DNA of 64,000 bases from an uncultured Bacilli bacterium (GCA_934129885.1 CAKOWU010000002.1:76070-140069); one strand, 5' to 3'; shown: positions 48,361 to 57,827, numbered from the stretch's first letter. Notes: generated by a model not told the origin, from the letters alone. Numbers and translations are program-made.

Positions 48361-49578
48361 TTATCTTTTTATTCTTGGTATATCACTATTTTGGTATGGG
48401 AATTGTTCTAAATTTATTATATGCTCTGTTGGTTTTTCTATATATTCTACTATATTCGGTCGTTGAGAATAACTATCAAATTCTTTGCTTAAAGACATTA
48501 TATCTTCATCGGTAAATCCATAATTTGAAAAATCCGGTCTTTCTTGTAAACTAATAGTAGCTTCCATAAATGTTTTAATATTATCTATTCCTCTTTTTTT
48601 ATCTATACTTATTTGCTTATAAAATCCATACGCTATTAAACCAGATTCCACTTCTAATAGCTGTTTCATTGTTTGAAAGCTAATATGTTCTTTAACATTT
48701 TCCACAGATAAATCATTATACGCAGAAATACCTTTACTGCGCACCAAATCCAATTTTATTTGTAATAAGGTCATATTAGCAAGTGATTTTAAATAATCAT
48801 TTTTTTTCATTCTTAATTTTTGTACTTCTTTCTTATCAAAACCTTGTTTTTCTAGATAATCTATAAATAAGTAATCAATGGTATATGTAGGAACTTCATG
48901 AAAACCGTAATATGTTTCACTAGGAAGTTTCTTTTTAGAATAAAAATCTACACTATGCATTATCTCGTGATTTAAAATTTGGTAATCAAATATTGTATTT
49001 TCTCTGGCTACTGAACAATAAGCTTCATCAAATACATGATCATAGATAGTTAAGCCACCATAATTTTCAAATTCACCCAATTGTCCTTCTCTAATATGTA
49101 ATAGTTCAGGGTTATCCAAAGTTTTTAAAGCTCTTTCTTTAATATCATTATCATCTAATTCAGTATAAAATTTTTTAGACATATCTATTAACTCTTTATC
49201 AGAAATTTCCATTTTAGTAAATGTAATTTCTCCAGTATTGCCATCAGCGATATTTTGAGCTAAATCTAATAAAAATTGTAAATAGGCACCGTCTACGTAA
49301 TCGCCTTTATTTTGTACTAATTCATATTCTAATTTTGCGTATTTTTCTTCTTTTGTAAGTTTTAGTTTGCCATTTGTTACTTTTTGTAAAACGTTTTTTA
49401 AATTAGAAGCAAATTTTGATACTCCTGTTTGTAATAGACAAACATATCCAATTAGGCTCATTTCCAATTCTTCTTTTTCTTTATCAGTTAAATTAACACA
49501 TTTTAACCTATCTAAAACATATTTTTTCTTTTTTCTAATAGAACTTAAATTCCAATTATAATTACTCATATAAATCAA
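48361..49578 (-). CDS. HExxH gluzincin-type metallopeptidase-like protein
   Basis: NHEIMHSVDF with Glu 20 residues after the second His (GFHEVPT), matching thermolysin-like spacing. Otherwise helical. Confidence 0.5.
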   Translation of the reverse strand: MIYMSNYNWNLSSIRKKKKYVLDRLKCVNLTDKEKEELEMSLIGYVCLLQTGVSKFASNLKNVLQKVTNGKLKLTKEEKYAKLEYELVQNKGDYVDGAYLQFLLDLAQNIADGNTGEITFTKMEISDKELIDMSKKFYTELDDNDIKERALKTLDNPELLHIREGQLGEFENYGGLTIYDHVFDEAYCSVARENTIFDYQILNHEIMHSVDFYSKKKLPSETYYGFHEVPTYTIDYLFIDYLEKQGFDKKEVQKLRMKKNDYLKSLANMTLLQIKLDLVRSKGISAYNDLSVENVKEHISFQTMKQLLEVESGLIAYGFYKQISIDKKRGIDNIKTFMEATISLQERPDFSNYGFTDEDIMSLSKEFDSYSQRPNIVEYIEKPTEHIINLEQFPYQNSDIPRIKR

Positions 49579-49636
49579 ATCCTTTAATCAAACTCATTTT
49601 GTAAAATTCTTGATATGATATATTATTTAAAGCAAT

Positions 49637-50040
49637 TTACCTTGTGTTTGCTCTATTATTTATTATATTGTTAGAAATTAAATATTTCGAGTAATCTTGC
49701 TCGTATATAGAAATATAATCCGATAACATACTCTCATAAAAATTTTCAATAAAAGTTACACATTTATTAGATAAATTATTATAATTATTAATAACATATT
49801 TTATCACATTATCTGAAGTAGGAGTTCCTGTTTTTAAAATACTTGCTAACTCTGTTAATTTGTCATTAAGTATTGTATCTTCATTGACATTGTTTGTTTT
49901 TTAATCTTTAATATTAATCCATCATTTTCTAAAAAACTTAATACATTTTTATTTAAATTTTGCCTAGTCATATCATCTATATATGAATTATTAAGACAAT
50001 TTTTAATCTGTTCTTTCAAATTATCATTATCAGTTTTAAA
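49637..50040 (-). pseudogene. Frameshifted small helical-protein gene
   Basis: Two adjacent frames (..LENDGLILKIKKQ and NEDTILNDKLTELASIL...NNRANTR*) join at an A-run near 49893-49900. No ORF of 60 aa or more appears in the track. Confidence 0.4.
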
Positions 50041-50051
50041 ATACTTATTTA

Positions 50052-50453
50052 TTAAAGAATTAAAAACATAATACCAATTTTGGTATAAGAGCCTCCTAAT
50101 CCGAAATAATCTAAAGAAAGATATGGTTTATATTCTAATATAAAGTCTAGTAACGTTTTTTGATTTTCGTCATCAATAATTAAATCTAAATCAAATTCAT
50201 TAATTTCTAGTTTATTTATGCGATTACTAAAAAATTTAATAACATTTGGTGTGTTATTAATTAATTTCTTGTCATTAAAACAATTATGATAATTTTCAAA
50301 TATATTTTTATTTTCTTCTATAATTTTTAAATAATCTTGAACTAATTTTTTTAATTTTGGTCCTAATTCTTCTTGTCTTTTTTTTAACACATCATTATAC
50401 CCATTATTAATTACATTTGCTATTTGGATTTTGTAATCTTTTATCATAAGCAC
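50052..50453 (-). CDS. Hypothetical protein
   Basis: 133-aa ORF in the island operon. Confidence 0.5.
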   Translation of the reverse strand: MLMIKDYKIQIANVINNGYNDVLKKRQEELGPKLKKLVQDYLKIIEENKNIFENYHNCFNDKKLINNTPNVIKFFSNRINKLEINEFDLDLIIDDENQKTLLDFILEYKPYLSLDYFGLGGSYTKIGIMFLIL

Positions 50454-50469
50454 CTCTTAATACATGAAA

Positions 50470-51195
50470 TTATCTAACATTACCTTTTTGTCTTTCAACT
50501 AAATAATTACCATTTTGATATGCAGGTAATAATTCCGCTGTCCCGTCATTATGTCTTAAATATACTTTTGGAAAGGTATAAAACCCCTCATAAGTAGGAT
50601 TATTTTCATACATAATAAAATTAAAATCGTTACTTGGAGGCATTAACATAGCCATAGTTTCTACTTGTTTATTTTTAAATAGTGGATGAAGATTATTAAA
50701 TTGTACATATGAAATTAAATCGCCAAAAGAAAAATTATCACTTACAGGAGAAATTCCATGTGTATGTCCATGACATATAACTTGCTTATTACCATTATCA
50801 TATTCTCCCTGTTCAATGCCTCTTACATATTCATTTAAAGATGAATTAATTCCATCAAAGGAAGCAGAAGTTCTACCACTAGGTTGATATGTTGAAATAA
50901 CTGTATCTAGCCACACCGTTCCGTTTGGCTTTTCTTCACCAAACATTAAATAGGCAATTTCTTCATTTGTTTGACTTGTAATGTTTCTTATTTTAAGTAG
51001 TTCTTGATATGCTTCTTCGGTTATAACTATATTATTACTAGCATTTACATTTCCCATTTTTACTGGAGAAATAGGTGTGTTTTCTGAATCTCCATAATTA
51101 TATGTTTCAAAAAGACTAGCGTAAAAATCGGCATTTGGGTTATTGTCACCCAATAATATATCAATTGTTTTATTTCTCGCTTCTTCTCTATTCAT
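50470..51195 (-). CDS. JAB/MPN (JAMM)-like metalloprotease
   Basis: Upstream Glu (EIAYLMFGEE), then HGHTHG-x-SPVSDNFSFGD, which fits H-x-H-x(7-9)-S-x-x-D. Confidence 0.55.
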   Translation of the reverse strand: MNREEARNKTIDILLGDNNPNADFYASLFETYNYGDSENTPISPVKMGNVNASNNIVITEEAYQELLKIRNITSQTNEEIAYLMFGEEKPNGTVWLDTVISTYQPSGRTSASFDGINSSLNEYVRGIEQGEYDNGNKQVICHGHTHGISPVSDNFSFGDLISYVQFNNLHPLFKNKQVETMAMLMPPSNDFNFIMYENNPTYEGFYTFPKVYLRHNDGTAELLPAYQNGNYLVERQKGNVR

Positions 51196-51317
51196 TTATC
51201 TAATACCTCTCTTAATTTCACTTTCTGATATTCTGTATCACCCTTATAATAAATTATATAATCATTTCTCATTAAATTCAATATCAAATATATTATAATT
51301 ATTATTACATAGTATAA

Positions 51318-52364
51318 CTATATTGTTTTTATTCTTCTATTAATTAGACTTAAAGCAACTTGTAAAGTTTCTTCACTCTGACACTCAATATCAGGTTTTG
51401 TGTTAAAATATCCTTCATATTGTATTTTTCCTTCTGGATTTATTGGAGCTTCAGTAGGAAACCATAGTCCCATATTTCTACCTATAATTTTCCACTCATG
51501 TTTATATTTATCACTTTGTTTTCCATTATAAACACCACTGGTTAATTGTATATTAAAAGGAGTAAATCCTCCTCCTTCACCTAGAGTTGATTCACCAATT
51601 ATGGTAGCATAACCTGTTTGCTTACAAAATTTAGCCAATGTTTCAGAAGTTGAAAACACTTCATTATTAATAAGTAAGTATTTATTATAATGTTTTACAT
51701 TATTGCCTTGAGGAATAGGATTCCACGTAAAATCAAGTTCTTTTTTCAAGAATAAGTCATATAATCTATCATGAAAATCTAAATTTTCATCAGTAAAACA
51801 ACTAAAATGTTTAAAATATGCATCACTTCCGCCTCCATTAGATCTTATATCAATAATGATATTATTAATTTCATTATTATCTAAGTAATTTTTTAAATTT
51901 TTAAATATATATTCATCTTCTTCAATAAAAGTATTATTAAATGATTTTATTTTAATAATAGCGCTGTCATTTATAAAGCTAATTTCCGCATTATTATTTT
52001 TAAATTCTTCACGCGCATCTTCACTTTTCTGTTTTTTTTCTTCCAAATCATTTTCCAAGTCGTCATATTCCATAGGGCCTATTGCCACATGGTCATTGGA
52101 TATTTTTTCAATTAAGTTATCGTTTATAAAATCGATAAAATCATCATCTGAAAAAACGGTTTGTCTAACTTTTAATTTTAATTCTTTTAAATAGTTATCA
52201 TTTAAAAAATTATTACCTTTCCAGTCCAAATAATATTTTTGACTTGTTTCTATAAGTTTATAAATAAACTCTAGTTTAGATACATAATTATCCAATCTTT
52301 TATATTGTTCTTGTATTTCAAGTTCTTTTTTTTCTCGCTCTTTCATTATTTGTTCAATATTCAT
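51318..52364 (-). CDS. S41 (C-terminal processing peptidase)-like protein with an N-terminal coiled coil
   Basis: IIIDIRSNGGGS and LLINNEVFSTSETLAKF...IIGESTLGEGG align to the S41 DLRxNxGG and SASASE...TFGKG motifs. Confidence 0.6.
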   Translation of the reverse strand: MNIEQIMKEREKKELEIQEQYKRLDNYVSKLEFIYKLIETSQKYYLDWKGNNFLNDNYLKELKLKVRQTVFSDDDFIDFINDNLIEKISNDHVAIGPMEYDDLENDLEEKKQKSEDAREEFKNNNAEISFINDSAIIKIKSFNNTFIEEDEYIFKNLKNYLDNNEINNIIIDIRSNGGGSDAYFKHFSCFTDENLDFHDRLYDLFLKKELDFTWNPIPQGNNVKHYNKYLLINNEVFSTSETLAKFCKQTGYATIIGESTLGEGGGFTPFNIQLTSGVYNGKQSDKYKHEWKIIGRNMGLWFPTEAPINPEGKIQYEGYFNTKPDIECQSEETLQVALSLINRRIKTI

Positions 52365-52387
52365 ATTAATATTCTCCTATGTCCATA

Positions 52388-53392
52388 TTACATACTACCA
52401 ATTTTCCTGCCTTCACTTACTTGAATATTTTGTGTTAATAAATGTTCCGGCACTGCTCCTGTTTTTTCATATTGCTTTAATTCTTCTAAACTCATTTTCT
52501 GTAATAATTGATCTCGTCTTGCTGCTTCTTCATTTATATTGTTGTTCTGCCAGCTTTGACCATCTACTGAATTTTGATGACTTAATATAGTTTGTGCTTG
52601 ATTAACTAATTCTTGCGTTTGAGGTGATAACTGTGGTTGCTGTGGTACTTCTACATATTCAATTATAATATCATCTTCAGCCTTTTGTCTAGTTTGTTCC
52701 ACTACATTTTGAATAACTTCTTGACTTTGTTTTTCTAGTTGTATTATCGTCCCATAAAAAGATTTTGCCGACATAATTGTAGAATTTCTATTTTGATTTA
52801 TTAATGTTGATACATTACTTTTTAACATTTGCTCAGCATTTTCTTTTTCTACTAATATTATCCGTTTTAACTCTTCAACTGCTTGCGAATTACTATATAC
52901 ACCATTTGTAGTTATAACACTTCTAAATAAATCAGTAAATTGGGCGGATAGATCTATTCTATTTGCATATAATTCCTGTAAAGTTTGTAGTTTACTATCA
53001 CTTTTATTTATGCCTTTTTCAATCATATTATTTTTCTCTTCAGTAGTTTTATCTTCTGCTTGACTTTTACTTGTTATTGTTCTAATCATAGCTTCATTTA
53101 TTTTATCAAAATTTTGATAATTTTCTGCCACAAAACTTTGATGTGTTTTTCGCATTTCACTAATAGCAATATTATCTACATAGTACTCAATATCATTTCT
53201 ACTACTCGAAAAACCATAATGATCTAAAACCGCAGTCATAGAATTAATTAATCTTTGTCGAATGATGCTTAAATCACCACTATTTTTTTCCAAACTTTGA
53301 TTACTAAATTTCCTTAAATTTTCTGTCATTTTACTTTTTAAAGTAATTTCCATATCTTTAAACTGCTCAATAGGTATTGCCATATCTACCAT
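52388..53392 (-). CDS. Coiled-coil, Gln-rich hypothetical protein
   Basis: 334-aa ORF, helical and low-complexity. Confidence 0.5.
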   Translation of the reverse strand: MVDMAIPIEQFKDMEITLKSKMTENLRKFSNQSLEKNSGDLSIIRQRLINSMTAVLDHYGFSSSRNDIEYYVDNIAISEMRKTHQSFVAENYQNFDKINEAMIRTITSKSQAEDKTTEEKNNMIEKGINKSDSKLQTLQELYANRIDLSAQFTDLFRSVITTNGVYSNSQAVEELKRIILVEKENAEQMLKSNVSTLINQNRNSTIMSAKSFYGTIIQLEKQSQEVIQNVVEQTRQKAEDDIIIEYVEVPQQPQLSPQTQELVNQAQTILSHQNSVDGQSWQNNNINEEAARRDQLLQKMSLEELKQYEKTGAVPEHLLTQNIQVSEGRKIGSM

Positions 53393-53442
53393 TTCTCCAT
53401 TTCTATTATATAAAATAACAATTTTTTAGCAAATTTTTACCT

Positions 53443-53757
53443 CTATGCTAGCAAATTAATATATAAAGCCATAAAACCACTTAACAATAAACAAAATGCT
53501 AAAAGAATTGTAGTGATAGTTGTTTTAGTATTATTAACTTTCTTTGCAAGTGGATGTTTATCAAGAGTTTTTTGCCAACCTTTTTCTTGTGTATTTGATT
53601 TTTCTAAGGTTTTAGAATTTTGTAATGTACTTATAGATTGTCCATTTTCTAAAGCTTCTAATTGTTCAAAATTCATATTTAATAAATCCTCATAAGAATA
53701 CTTATTACCATAGTTATCTTGAAAGAAAGTTTTTTTACTTGTTTGAAAATCATTCAT
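53443..53757 (-). CDS. Tail-anchored small membrane protein
   Basis: 104 aa with a single C-terminal TM helix. The start overlaps the upstream gene. Confidence 0.5.
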   Translation of the reverse strand: MNDFQTSKKTFFQDNYGNKYSYEDLLNMNFEQLEALENGQSISTLQNSKTLEKSNTQEKGWQKTLDKHPLAKKVNNTKTTITTILLAFCLLLSGFMALYINLLA

Positions 53758-54577
53758 AATAAACCTCCAAAATTTTTATCTTAATTGCTTTTTGTATTAT
53801 CTGATCGTTTAATTCTTCAATTTTATCATCCAATAATTTAAGCAAATCATTAGATGGAGTAGTATTAATTTCTTCTCTTGAAGCCACATTGTTAATACTA
53901 TTTAAAGTAACTCCAGCCATTATTTTATCTATTTCACTAGTATTAGGATTATTTATAATATCTTGAACTTTTTGAGTTTTATCTTCTCTTTTTTCTTTAG
54001 TCATATTTGGAGTTCCATCTAATCTTGAATATTCTACTTCTGCAGTTATTTTATCTAATTCACTACTTTTTGAACTTTTTTGTATATTATTCCAGTATTT
54101 TTCTTTTTCTTCTTCAGTTTTATGGATTGAATATTGATTTTTTTCTTGATTGTTTGTTAAGTATACTTTCCCTAATATACTTAATTTTAATGGTGTTAAT
54201 TCATGCATACAAGTTAACGCTTTTAAAAGATCCATGTGAATATCTTTTAACAATATCATTTCATTATTTAACATTGCTATTATGTCCTCAGTTAATTTAG
54301 AACTAAACTTGTTTACTAGTTTACTATCAATATAATAAATGTTATCATTGATTGTTCTAGCCTGAAACTGTAGCCATTCTCTAAGATTTTGTTTTTGCTT
54401 TTCCACTTCCAGCCATTGATTAGGCTCAGCTTTATAAAAACTTATTAATTTGTTTTTATACTGTTTGATTACTTTATTTCTTAGTTTTATTAATTTTTTA
54501 TAATCTAAATTTTTAATATCTGACATTGTTTCTTCATTTAGAAGTTTTTTGCTTTTTCTTTCACTTAATATTTTCAT
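53750..54577 (-). CDS. Hypothetical helical protein with an internal duplicated SE(L/I)DKI(T/M)A motif
   Basis: 275-aa ORF. Confidence 0.5.
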   Translation of the reverse strand: MKILSERKSKKLLNEETMSDIKNLDYKKLIKLRNKVIKQYKNKLISFYKAEPNQWLEVEKQKQNLREWLQFQARTINDNIYYIDSKLVNKFSSKLTEDIIAMLNNEMILLKDIHMDLLKALTCMHELTPLKLSILGKVYLTNNQEKNQYSIHKTEEEKEKYWNNIQKSSKSSELDKITAEVEYSRLDGTPNMTKEKREDKTQKVQDIINNPNTSEIDKIMAGVTLNSINNVASREEINTTPSNDLLKLLDDKIEELNDQIIQKAIKIKILEVYYE

Positions 54578-54677
54578 ATCTTACCTCCGATTTTATTCCA
54601 AAAAATATAATCAACAGCAAAGAGACTTGCTACTGACTATATTATTATATTTTTATTTAATCTCTTTACCTATTAAT

Positions 54678-55382
54678 TTATTCTCCAAAAATATCTTTTA
54701 ATGGATTATAATTATCGTCTAAAGATTTGATGATATGTGAATATTCTTCTTTAATTATGCGAGGTACTGAATTAAGAGTTAAAGCAATGGCTTCAAAATC
54801 AAATAAGAATTTATCATCTACCTCATCATGTTTAGCATAAATTGGAGCATATACATTATTTACTACATCATTCTCATCAAATTTTAACCCACCATATTCA
54901 GCAACAAACTTTCTGTTCAATTCTACTTCTTTTTTAGATCTTTCAATTTTTTTGCTAATTTTTTCGGTATATTCTTTAACAGTATCACTATATTGATTAT
55001 CAAATTCGGACTCTAACGGCTTGATTTTTTCTTCAACATCCGCTTTCATAAATTCATTCTTTTTAACACCAACAGAAATAGCTACGGCAAAATCCGAATT
55101 TTTTGTATTACATTCGTCATATAATCTTTTATAATCGTATCTTTTTTGCTCTAATATTTTTTGTATTCTTTCAACTTCAGATAAATATGTGTCAAGCCCT
55201 TTTTGAAAACTTTCAGGTGAAAGCATTTTTTTGATATTTTTTCTAAAACTATATTCAGCCTCATATACTTCATCAGCAAGTTGTAAATATTGTTCAGTTT
55301 CTTTAGAATACCTTTCCATAATATCTTTTACATCAGAATTATGTTTCTCAATTAATTCATTCACTATTATCTCCTCCTTCAA
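54678..55382 (-). CDS. Hypothetical helical protein (first gene of the island operon)
   Basis: 234-aa ORF divergent from the XRE gene. Confidence 0.5.
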   Translation of the reverse strand: MKEEIIVNELIEKHNSDVKDIMERYSKETEQYLQLADEVYEAEYSFRKNIKKMLSPESFQKGLDTYLSEVERIQKILEQKRYDYKRLYDECNTKNSDFAVAISVGVKKNEFMKADVEEKIKPLESEFDNQYSDTVKEYTEKISKKIERSKKEVELNRKFVAEYGGLKFDENDVVNNVYAPIYAKHDEVDDKFLFDFEAIALTLNSVPRIIKEEYSHIIKSLDDNYNPLKDIFGE

Positions 55383-55563
55383 AATAAAATGAATATAATA
55401 AAATTTTAAGAAAAATATACCTTTTTCTACATAAATCTACTTATATTGTAACATAAATATTTTTATTTTTTGCATAAAATATATAATTTTACGCATATTT
55501 ACATAAGCAATATCACTATAATTGATTTTCAATAAATGTAAAATTGTATATAGGAGAAGATTT

Positions 55564-55899
55564 ATGAAAAATAATTTAAAAGAAATTAGAAACAGTAAAA
55601 ACTTATTGCAAACTAAAGTTGCAATGGATTTAAATATAACTCAAGAAACAATAAGCTCTTATGAAACGGGACGCGTTTTTCCTAGCTCAGATATGCTTAT
55701 AAAATTAGCCAATTATTATAATACTTCCATTGATTATTTACTGTGTCGCACTAAATATAATATGCCAATCAATACTATTAAACCAAATAATATATCTGAT
55801 GATGATTTTATTTTATTAAATAAAATAAATAAATTATCTTCACAAAATAGAGTAAAAGTTGAAGCCTATATTGAAGGATTAAATGATAGCTCCAACTAA
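55564..55899 (+). CDS. XRE-family helix-turn-helix regulator
   Basis: LLQTKVAMDLNITQETISSYETGRVFPS HTH region. TAGGAGAAG RBS before the ATG at 55564. Confidence 0.8.
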   Translation: MKNNLKEIRNSKNLLQTKVAMDLNITQETISSYETGRVFPSSDMLIKLANYYNTSIDYLLCRTKYNMPINTIKPNNISDDDFILLNKINKLSSQNRVKVEAYIEGLNDSSN

Positions 55900-56037
55900 T
55901 TCATATCACTTTTATATCAATTTTTATATAATTTTTGATATTTTGATTTAATTATTATTAATTTAAAATATATGAAAATGGTTGATACATATAGCGTTTT
56001 TTATCATTTAAAACATTAATAAAACAATTAAATAAAA

Positions 56038-56104
56038 CCCTTATTCTCCACCAATATGTTTATTAAAACCTTGATAATTCAAGGTTTTTCTTTATTTATA
56101 AGGG
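56038..56104 (+). repeat. Direct repeat (attR-like)
   Basis: 67/67 identical to 48216..48282. Confidence 0.9.
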
Positions 56105-56484
56105 TTTTGTCATATTTTGTTTTTTTGTGGGCTACACCAAAATATATTACTTTCCTATCTATCATTTTATTATTAAAAGTAATTTATCACTCATCATATT
56201 ATCGCCATATATAATAAATTCATTTTCACCACCGTGCATAGACATACCAACTACCACCCCAATAATCAGCAGCAACAATTGACAAATGAAGTTACCTTTA
56301 TAATTTATAAGAACATTAAATGATTTTTTCAATGTGTAGCCCAAACATTTAAGATATCTTGGTAAAAATAAAATTTAAAATGTTGATGTTTATCAAAAAA
56401 AGTAATAACACAACTTATAGATAAGTATGAGAAATCAAAATCATTGCTATAATATCACTTATTAATTTAAAGGAGGAGATTAAT

Positions 56485-56805
56485 ATTATAAAAGAATTAA
56501 ATCAAGCATTTGAAAAATTATTGTTTAATTTATCTATAGCAATTTACTATGAACCATATTGTGATGAAAAAGCAGAATATATGGAAATGCTTGAATTAAT
56601 AGCACAACAAAAAATACAATATGATAAAAGTAAAAATTTCAATTCATTATCTATAGATGTATTAAATGATGTACACCTTAGCTCACTACCTTTACTTGAA
56701 AAATACGCTATCTATGACGGAAACTACGCAGAACAAATTGAAATATGGAGTGATTATTTGTTAAATTTACAGAAAAAATTAACATTAATAAAGGCAGGAA
56801 AATAG
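56485..56805 (+). CDS. Hypothetical protein, possibly starting at a non-canonical ATT/ATA
   Basis: AGGAGG at 56471-56476 lies 8 nt before ATT at 56485, in frame with the tracked TTG ORF (56521..56805) and with no intervening stop. Confidence 0.4.
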   Translation: MIKELNQAFEKLLFNLSIAIYYEPYCDEKAEYMEMLELIAQQKIQYDKSKNFNSLSIDVLNDVHLSSLPLLEKYAIYDGNYAEQIEIWSDYLLNLQKKLTLIKAGK

Positions 56806-56966
56806 TCTTATTAAAAAATTAGGAGGATTACATAATAAACCTCTCTACACCTATTGACTTTTATATTTTATCTAATGCAAGTGCACTATAAAGTCTTTGA
56901 ATATAAGACTTTTTTTCATATACCTAATAAAACAAAAAAGACGATATATAAATCATCTTTTCACTA

Positions 56967-57827
56967 TTATTTTAGTCCTAATTCACTAAAGAAATTATCA
57001 ATTTCATCTGTATCGTCAGTGTATCCACTTAAACTAGAAACAACCTTTTTATCTTTAATTCCTAAAGTAGTAGGAGTTCCCCAACTTTTGTTTTCGTCAA
57101 AATAGTCTTTTAATGAATCTTGTAGTGCAGTTATGTCATCAGATTCCCAAGTATCTATTTCAGCAATATAGATAGGTAAATTATTATCACCAACATATTC
57201 ATTAATAATAGGTTTAAATTTTAAACAATAACTACATGTAGTTTGTGCTAAAATTAAAGCAAATGGTTTATCACTATCATATAATTTCTTATATTGTGCA
57301 TAACTAATTTCTCCTAAATTTTCATACTCTTCATCGGCTTTAATATCAAAAGCAAATTTTGCGATACCGGCTTCACTAAGGAAATCTTTAATAGTATCAC
57401 TTGAAGTTAAATCAGCATCTTTATAATTTGTAACCTTTCCATCTTTAACAACAAGTACAACGTCTCCATTAAATGAATCGTCACTATATTTAAGATCTTT
57501 CTTAATTTTTTTCATATCACTTTTACTGATATTATCAGTATCTAAATAATATATAGTATGATCAATACTTTCAGCAACTTTTTCTAAAGATTTTTTATCT
57601 TTCGCACTCATCTCACTTGTATATACGATTACATTACTAGATTTAGTTGCATATAAACATTCATACTTATCATAGTCTAAAGCACCTAACTTTTTATAAT
57701 TTTCATCTGCTTTTACACCACAAGCAAAAGATTTATCTTTTTCAGGCCAAAATGCAATTACTAAAATCAAAACGATAACTGCAATTACAACACCAAAAAG
57801 TACTAAAAGTCTTTTATTTTCGTTCAT
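56967..57827 (-). CDS. Membrane-anchored thioredoxin-like protein (two Trx-like halves, the second with CSYC)
   Basis: Signal anchor, C-x-x-C motif TTCSYCLKF, GGAGG RBS at MNENK. Confidence 0.6.
   Translation of the reverse strand: MNENKRLLVLFGVVIAVIVLILVIAFWPEKDKSFACGVKADENYKKLGALDYDKYECLYATKSSNVIVYTSEMSAKDKKSLEKVAESIDHTIYYLDTDNISKSDMKKIKKDLKYSDDSFNGDVVLVVKDGKVTNYKDADLTSSDTIKDFLSEAGIAKFAFDIKADEEYENLGEISYAQYKKLYDSDKPFALILAQTTCSYCLKFKPIINEYVGDNNLPIYIAEIDTWESDDITALQDSLKDYFDENKSWGTPTTLGIKDKKVVSSLSGYTDDTDEIDNFFSELGLK

Larger units (their letters stand above)
48216..56104. mobile_element. Integrase-less genomic island inserted at the 3' end of tRNA-Ala
   Basis: Perfect 67-bp direct repeats at both borders, the left one overlapping the tRNA 3' end. 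The interior holds only non-housekeeping genes plus an XRE regulator. Confidence 0.65.

Noticed and set aside
49579-50051. Possible integrase remnant filling the ORF-less gap of the tRNA-Ala island
   Set aside because: Six-frame reading gives only a small helical protein split by a frameshift. There are no R..H-x-x-R..Y or serine-recombinase motifs.
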